From Pirellulaceae bacterium (GTDB taxonomy: Bacteria > Planctomycetota > Planctomycetia > Pirellulales > Pirellulaceae), in contig JBGSMY010000155.1 in NCBI GenBank assembly GCA_041739975.1, forward strand, positions 533 through 64,532: a stretch of DNA of 64,000 nucleotides, written 5' to 3'. A program made the position numbers and the translations under genes. Of the stretch, positions 60,309 to 64,000 are shown piece by piece (position 1 is the stretch's first letter; each line of letters opens with the position of its first letter). A model generated the notes under the pieces. It saw nothing but the letters and a program-made list of their open reading frames with translations, made no database searches and was not told the DNA's origin.

Positions 60309-60749
60309 ATGAAAAGTCCAATTTCAAGGCTGCTTATCGGCAGCGTTATGGCGGCTGCCATCGGAGGAATTGTCCTCACCGGTTGCCAGCAAAGCCCGAC
60401 GGGTGCAGGCCCGGTGGCCGGCAATAATTCCAAGACGAACACATCATCCGGGACCAGTGACCCCGCCAATCAGGCAAACGCTGCGACAACTCCGACCTCA
60501 GAAACCGATTCAGTGGGGGCCAATTTGGTTCTCGTTTCACTCGATGTCCCCAACATGACGTGAGGGGGCTGTGCCGCTTCGGTCCGAAGCGATTTGCAAA
60601 AAATTGAAACTGCCACTGAAATCAATACCGATATCGGCAAGAGACAATGCAGCTTTAAAGTTGCACCAGGTGTCGATTGGGAATCAAAGTTAGTCGAATT
60701 TGCGAAAACAAATACGCATATTGCAGAGTATACGATTCGAAAAAATTGA
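60309..60749 (+). CDS. Candidate selenoprotein: lipoprotein with an HMA/MerP-type heavy-metal-binding domain, in-frame TGA (codon 85, 60561-60563) at the first Cys of the MTCxxC motif
   Basis: The ATG at 60309 lies 6 nt after GGAGA. Lipoprotein signal MKSPISRLLIGSVMAAAIGGIVLTGC, then a low-complexity linker. The sequence then reads LVLVSLDVPNMT-[TGA]-GGCAASVRSDLQKIETATEINTDIGKRQCSFKVAPGVDWESKLVEFAKTNTHIAEYTIRKN-stop, which aligns along its length with MerP/CopZ (VPGMTCxxCxxxV...). No in-frame start exists after the TGA. A terminator follows the second stop. The conventional reading would be a 84-aa ORF ending at 60563. Confidence 0.6.
60575..60591 (+). promoter_or_regulatory. SECIS-like hairpin (CGCUUC-GGUCC-GAAGCG) starting 11 nt 3' of the in-frame UGA
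   Basis: A 17-nt perfect hairpin with a 6-7 bp stem and a loop containing GGUC. TGC at 60572-74 and GCA at 60596-98 could extend a lower stem. Spacing and size match the minimal E. coli fdhF-type bacterial SECIS as I recall it. Confidence 0.5.
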
Positions 60750-60782
60750 ATCGAATAATCTGAATTTAACGTGTTGTATACG

Positions 60783-60819
60783 AAACCCCACGATGTCTCC
60801 GACAGGTCGTGGGGTTTTT
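60783..60819 (+). terminator. Rho-independent terminator after the extended (read-through) ORF
   Basis: AAACCCCACGA-(13 nt)-TCGTGGGGTTT is followed by TT, giving a T5 run at 60815-60819. It lies 34 nt after the stop at 60749. Confidence 0.75.
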
Positions 60820-60910
60820 CTTGGTCGAACGATAATCTGCAAGTGCTGCCCCACACATTCTATTCCCGGATAGTTTTCGAGGAACGAATAAAGACAATCG
60901 TCCCACTTTT

Positions 60911-61630
60911 TTAATTCTCGATGCGTTCGAGGCGATTGAGGATGTCTGCGATTTGTTGTTCTAAGGCTTCGACTCGCCGAGCCAAATCGCCCTGACTCAA
61001 GCTGCCCTGACTCAAGCTGCCTTTGAGCGGATGTGTCGCCGCTGCTGATTCGGAGTCGAATCCGTTGCCTCTGTCGACCTCTTGATAGTCAATCTGTGAC
61101 TTGACCTTGTCCAATTCTTCTGGTTGATACAGGTTGTGCGAAACGACTTGGCCGCGGCCGGCAGGGGTCAACTCGAGAATCAAATTCTTTTTGATGAGGG
61201 AATCGACCAAAGGCCGAAGTTCATTGAGATCGGCGATATCGTCCATTCGCGCGGCACGGGCGCGAAGCTCACCGAGTGTTTGATGACCCCGCAGCATAAG
61301 TTCGGCCATGATCGCCAACTCGCCTTTTTCCGCGCCAAACCAGTCGTATAACAAATGTTTGTATTTCGGTACCCGGCCGTCACCATGGACCTCGATAACG
61401 GCGCCGAGCAGACGCAGTTGGTCGAGCGCAATTTGAACCTCGTCTGATTCTAAGGTCATCAGCGGGCTGCGGTTGCTTTTTTGGTTAGCAGCCGTCGTGA
61501 TACCATTGAGTGTCATCGGATAGACATCGGGTGTTGTTTTTGATTTTTCGACCAGTACTCCCAATACGCGGCGCTGAATGCGATTGATCGCGCGCCACTT
61601 TCGCGGCGGTTGCGTTTCCGATGTCTCCAT
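60911..61630 (-). CDS. DUF480 (YceH-like) family protein
   Basis: RRVLGVLVEKSKTTPDVYPMTLNGITTAANQKSNRSPLM closely follows the YceH N-terminal signature (EARVLGxLxEKxxTTPxxYPLSLNxLxxACNQKSNRxPVM). Confidence 0.8.
   Translation of the reverse strand: METSETQPPRKWRAINRIQRRVLGVLVEKSKTTPDVYPMTLNGITTAANQKSNRSPLMTLESDEVQIALDQLRLLGAVIEVHGDGRVPKYKHLLYDWFGAEKGELAIMAELMLRGHQTLGELRARAARMDDIADLNELRPLVDSLIKKNLILELTPAGRGQVVSHNLYQPEELDKVKSQIDYQEVDRGNGFDSESAAATHPLKGSLSQGSLSQGDLARRVEALEQQIADILNRLERIEN
60991..61020. repeat. Exact 15-nt tandem duplication (CCTGACTCAAGCTGC x2) inside the DUF480 gene, in frame
   Basis: Read directly from the sequence. It encodes SLSQG twice in succession (SLSQGSLSQG) on the minus strand. 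Confidence 0.85.
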
Positions 61631-61870
61631 TGCTAATTCCTCCGGTACCTACATGCCTGTTTCATGGGTGCGTTTCAACCCTATTCTCAACTCATTTCTC
61701 AACCCATTTAATGGTACTGCAAGAAATCGACTTGATTGCGGTACCGAAAATACGAGTTTCCCACTACATTAATTCGAACGTTATCCGCCCAATTCTAACC
61801 GATTGCGGACCGTTCGAGTACTCCAAAATGAATGAGTACGATGACCGCGAGATAAGGCGATGGACGAACT

Positions 61871-62935
61871 GTGATGCAGTGGTATGCAACCTATATGAAT
61901 TTGATTTCTGGTCGCCAACGAGGCTGGTGGCCGACGGTTGCACGTAGCGGGTTATGGTTGCTGTCCGGCGTTTACTGCTTGGGGGCGGCAGTCAAGAACT
62001 TTCTGTACGATCGCGGTTGGCTCCGCTCGCATCGTGTTTCAGTGCCCGTGATTTCCATTGGAAATTTGACGACTGGAGGAACCGGAAAGTCACCTTTGGT
62101 TCACTGGTTTGTGAATGAATTTCAGCGCCGCGAAGTGCGCGTGGGAGTCGTCAGCCGAGGCTATGGCGATCATACAAACGCCGGGAACGACGAAGCGGCC
62201 GAATTGCATCAAAGATTTCCTTCAGTCACGCATATTCAGAACCGCGATCGTGTTGCTGCTTGTCGACAAGCCGTCGAGCGAGGCGCGGTGCAAATCATTG
62301 TGGCCGACGACGGGTTTCAACATCGTCGGCTTTATCGCAATCTGGACCTCGTCGTGATCGACGCCACGCAGCCGTGGGGCTATGGCGCCTGTTTGCCGCG
62401 AGGTCTCATGCGAGAGTCAATCCGTGGATTACGCCGCGCGGATTTAGCCTTGATCTCTCGTGCGGAATTAGTAAGCCCCGATCAATTACAGCAAACCAGG
62501 GCAAGCATTCGTCGCATTGCGCCACAATTAGCCATTGTGACGGCGACTACGGAACCCCAAGGTTGGATCAACGGCGACGGCCACCGACTTGCGATTGAGG
62601 GATTGAGCGGACGGCGCGTTTTGGCATTTGCCGGAATTGGCAACCCCCAAGCGTTTTGCAAATTACTTCAAAATTTAGGAATCGACACATCGGAATTTTG
62701 TGCGTTCCCCGATCACCATGCATACAGCCAATCGGACTGGGAAAAATTACAGAAAATGGCGATTGCAAATCAAGCCAACGCATTGGTTTGTACCCGCAAA
62801 GACTTAGTCAAACTTACTGAGTTTAACTCAGGCGACCTACCGATATGGGCGCTGGACATCGGCGTAAAAATTGTCAATGGTCTTGAGGAAATTCATCAAG
62901 CAATGGACCGCGTATTGGAAAAGCTAAGGGCATAG
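61871..62935 (+). CDS. lpxK: Tetraacyldisaccharide 4'-kinase
   Basis: An N-terminal membrane helix and the P-loop ISIGNLTTGGTGKSP. Length is 354 aa. The start is GTG at 61871 or ATG at 61874. Confidence 0.9.
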   Translation: MMQWYATYMNLISGRQRGWWPTVARSGLWLLSGVYCLGAAVKNFLYDRGWLRSHRVSVPVISIGNLTTGGTGKSPLVHWFVNEFQRREVRVGVVSRGYGDHTNAGNDEAAELHQRFPSVTHIQNRDRVAACRQAVERGAVQIIVADDGFQHRRLYRNLDLVVIDATQPWGYGACLPRGLMRESIRGLRRADLALISRAELVSPDQLQQTRASIRRIAPQLAIVTATTEPQGWINGDGHRLAIEGLSGRRVLAFAGIGNPQAFCKLLQNLGIDTSEFCAFPDHHAYSQSDWEKLQKMAIANQANALVCTRKDLVKLTEFNSGDLPIWALDIGVKIVNGLEEIHQAMDRVLEKLRA

Positions 62936-63060
62936 TTCTGCTGCAGGCGACTGCTTTCTGAATTGGTTGTATAAATTAGTGCTCGTCAATATTATCCCCC
63001 CAAATCGAAACGTTTTCGCTTTCAGTACCCAGCATAGCATGTTCACGGCAATGGGTTGAA

Positions 63061-63849
63061 TCAGGATCGCGAACCGCACCAGCGAATCAACTGATTGGTA
63101 ACACGCTCGATATTTGTTTTCAGGAGATTGGTATAGATATCTCGTTCAATATCTGCTCGGTGGCCGCTAAATCCTCGGTTGGCAATTTCCCGTAAAGCCA
63201 AAGACCGGAAACAACTGATCGAATGTCGGGGCTCGTTGCGCGGTTTGTCTGTGTCAATTCGGCGAATCACTCGCGAGACGAGGTGGTAACCCGACCCAAT
63301 CCATTCGTGGCGACGGTTGTTGTACAGACCGCGCGTTCCTCGCGGCACTCGCGGTTGCGGTAAGCTTGCGCAGAGTTCCGTCGTAGTTAGAGATTCCACC
63401 GCAACTCTCGCCAAAGTCGTCACGTAACCTTGCATGGTGCAGAGATATTCTTCCATCTCGCTCGCACGGGTCAACGAGTTGTAGGTATTTACGGCGATAT
63501 CAATGGCATTGGAGACAATAGCCGCGCCGGTCGCTCCCAAGGCCCGTCCCATTGCCCAACCTGAAGCGGTATCCACGCCGTAATGCAGCCCTTGCGTTTG
63601 CCTCTGCTGTGGGGAAGAGGGTTGCAAGATTTCGCCGCCGGGTAATGGCAATGGCAATTGGGGCAATCCGGCATCGACCGCATCGGCAAACGCATTATAA
63701 AAGTCTACCAATTGCGTCAGATCATTGTATGCCTGCACTCCCGATGGTGTTTGCACCTGGACGGGAATTGGGCAGCGGGGCGCTTGGTCTTGAATGAACT
63801 GTTTGAATTCGTTCCATTTGGCTGCTGGAGTCCAATTGGGCGCTACCAT
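63061..63849 (-). CDS. Hypothetical protein
   Basis: A 262-aa ORF convergent with lpxK. I recognised no domain. Confidence 0.55.
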   Translation of the reverse strand: MVAPNWTPAAKWNEFKQFIQDQAPRCPIPVQVQTPSGVQAYNDLTQLVDFYNAFADAVDAGLPQLPLPLPGGEILQPSSPQQRQTQGLHYGVDTASGWAMGRALGATGAAIVSNAIDIAVNTYNSLTRASEMEEYLCTMQGYVTTLARVAVESLTTTELCASLPQPRVPRGTRGLYNNRRHEWIGSGYHLVSRVIRRIDTDKPRNEPRHSISCFRSLALREIANRGFSGHRADIERDIYTNLLKTNIERVTNQLIRWCGSRS

Positions 63850-64000
63850 GGCTAGATCCTGTGATTCAAAGTGTCATGAGACAAAAAGATAATACTTATG
63901 TACGTGCGCAAAGGAATTCATGGGCGGGCAATTTATTTTGAAATAAACAATCAGACAAACTACAGTTACTGGTCAACTGCCTGACTTTATGGATGCCGCA

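Overview
The window reads as a chromosomal segment from a Planctomycetota-like (Pirellulales-type) genome. This is an inference from four things: two giant ORFs (2512 and 2022 aa), a WD40-fused Ser/Thr kinase, many lipobox or secreted hypothetical proteins with LRR, NHL or PDZ modules, and housekeeping genes scattered singly rather than in classical operons. I call about 45 protein-coding genes. Recognisable housekeeping genes are rpiB, a tsaC/LMW-phosphatase fusion, pyrG, kdsB, queA, purH, pabB, hflX, lpdA, rpsD, hrpA, an mnmE-like GTPase, coaX, obg, rpmA, lpxK and a fliW fragment at the left edge. I saw no rRNA, tRNA, CRISPR array, transposase, integrase or prophage genes. The strongest observation is at 60.3-60.8 kb. 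A small lipoprotein gene carries an in-frame TGA exactly where the first Cys of an HMA/MerP-type MTCxxC metal-binding motif should be. A 17-nt hairpin with a GGUC-type loop starts 11 nt after the TGA, the HMA-like reading frame continues for 61 more codons, and a clean intrinsic terminator follows the second stop. This makes it a candidate selenocysteine (UxxC) metal-binding lipoprotein with a SECIS element. Other items worth a second look:
- A 27-44 kb block encoding a giant tandem-repeat surface protein, a zinc-ribbon/kinase/TM/coiled-coil/WD40 giant, a zinc-ribbon/TM/vWA protein and a BRCT-MerR-TPR protein.
- An orphan Hcp (T6SS tube-like) gene with its own RBS and terminator.
- A hairpin-bearing intergenic repeat family next to a low-GC two-gene islet.
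- Two tandem terminators between rpmA and obg.
All functional calls come from motif recognition by eye. No database search was possible.
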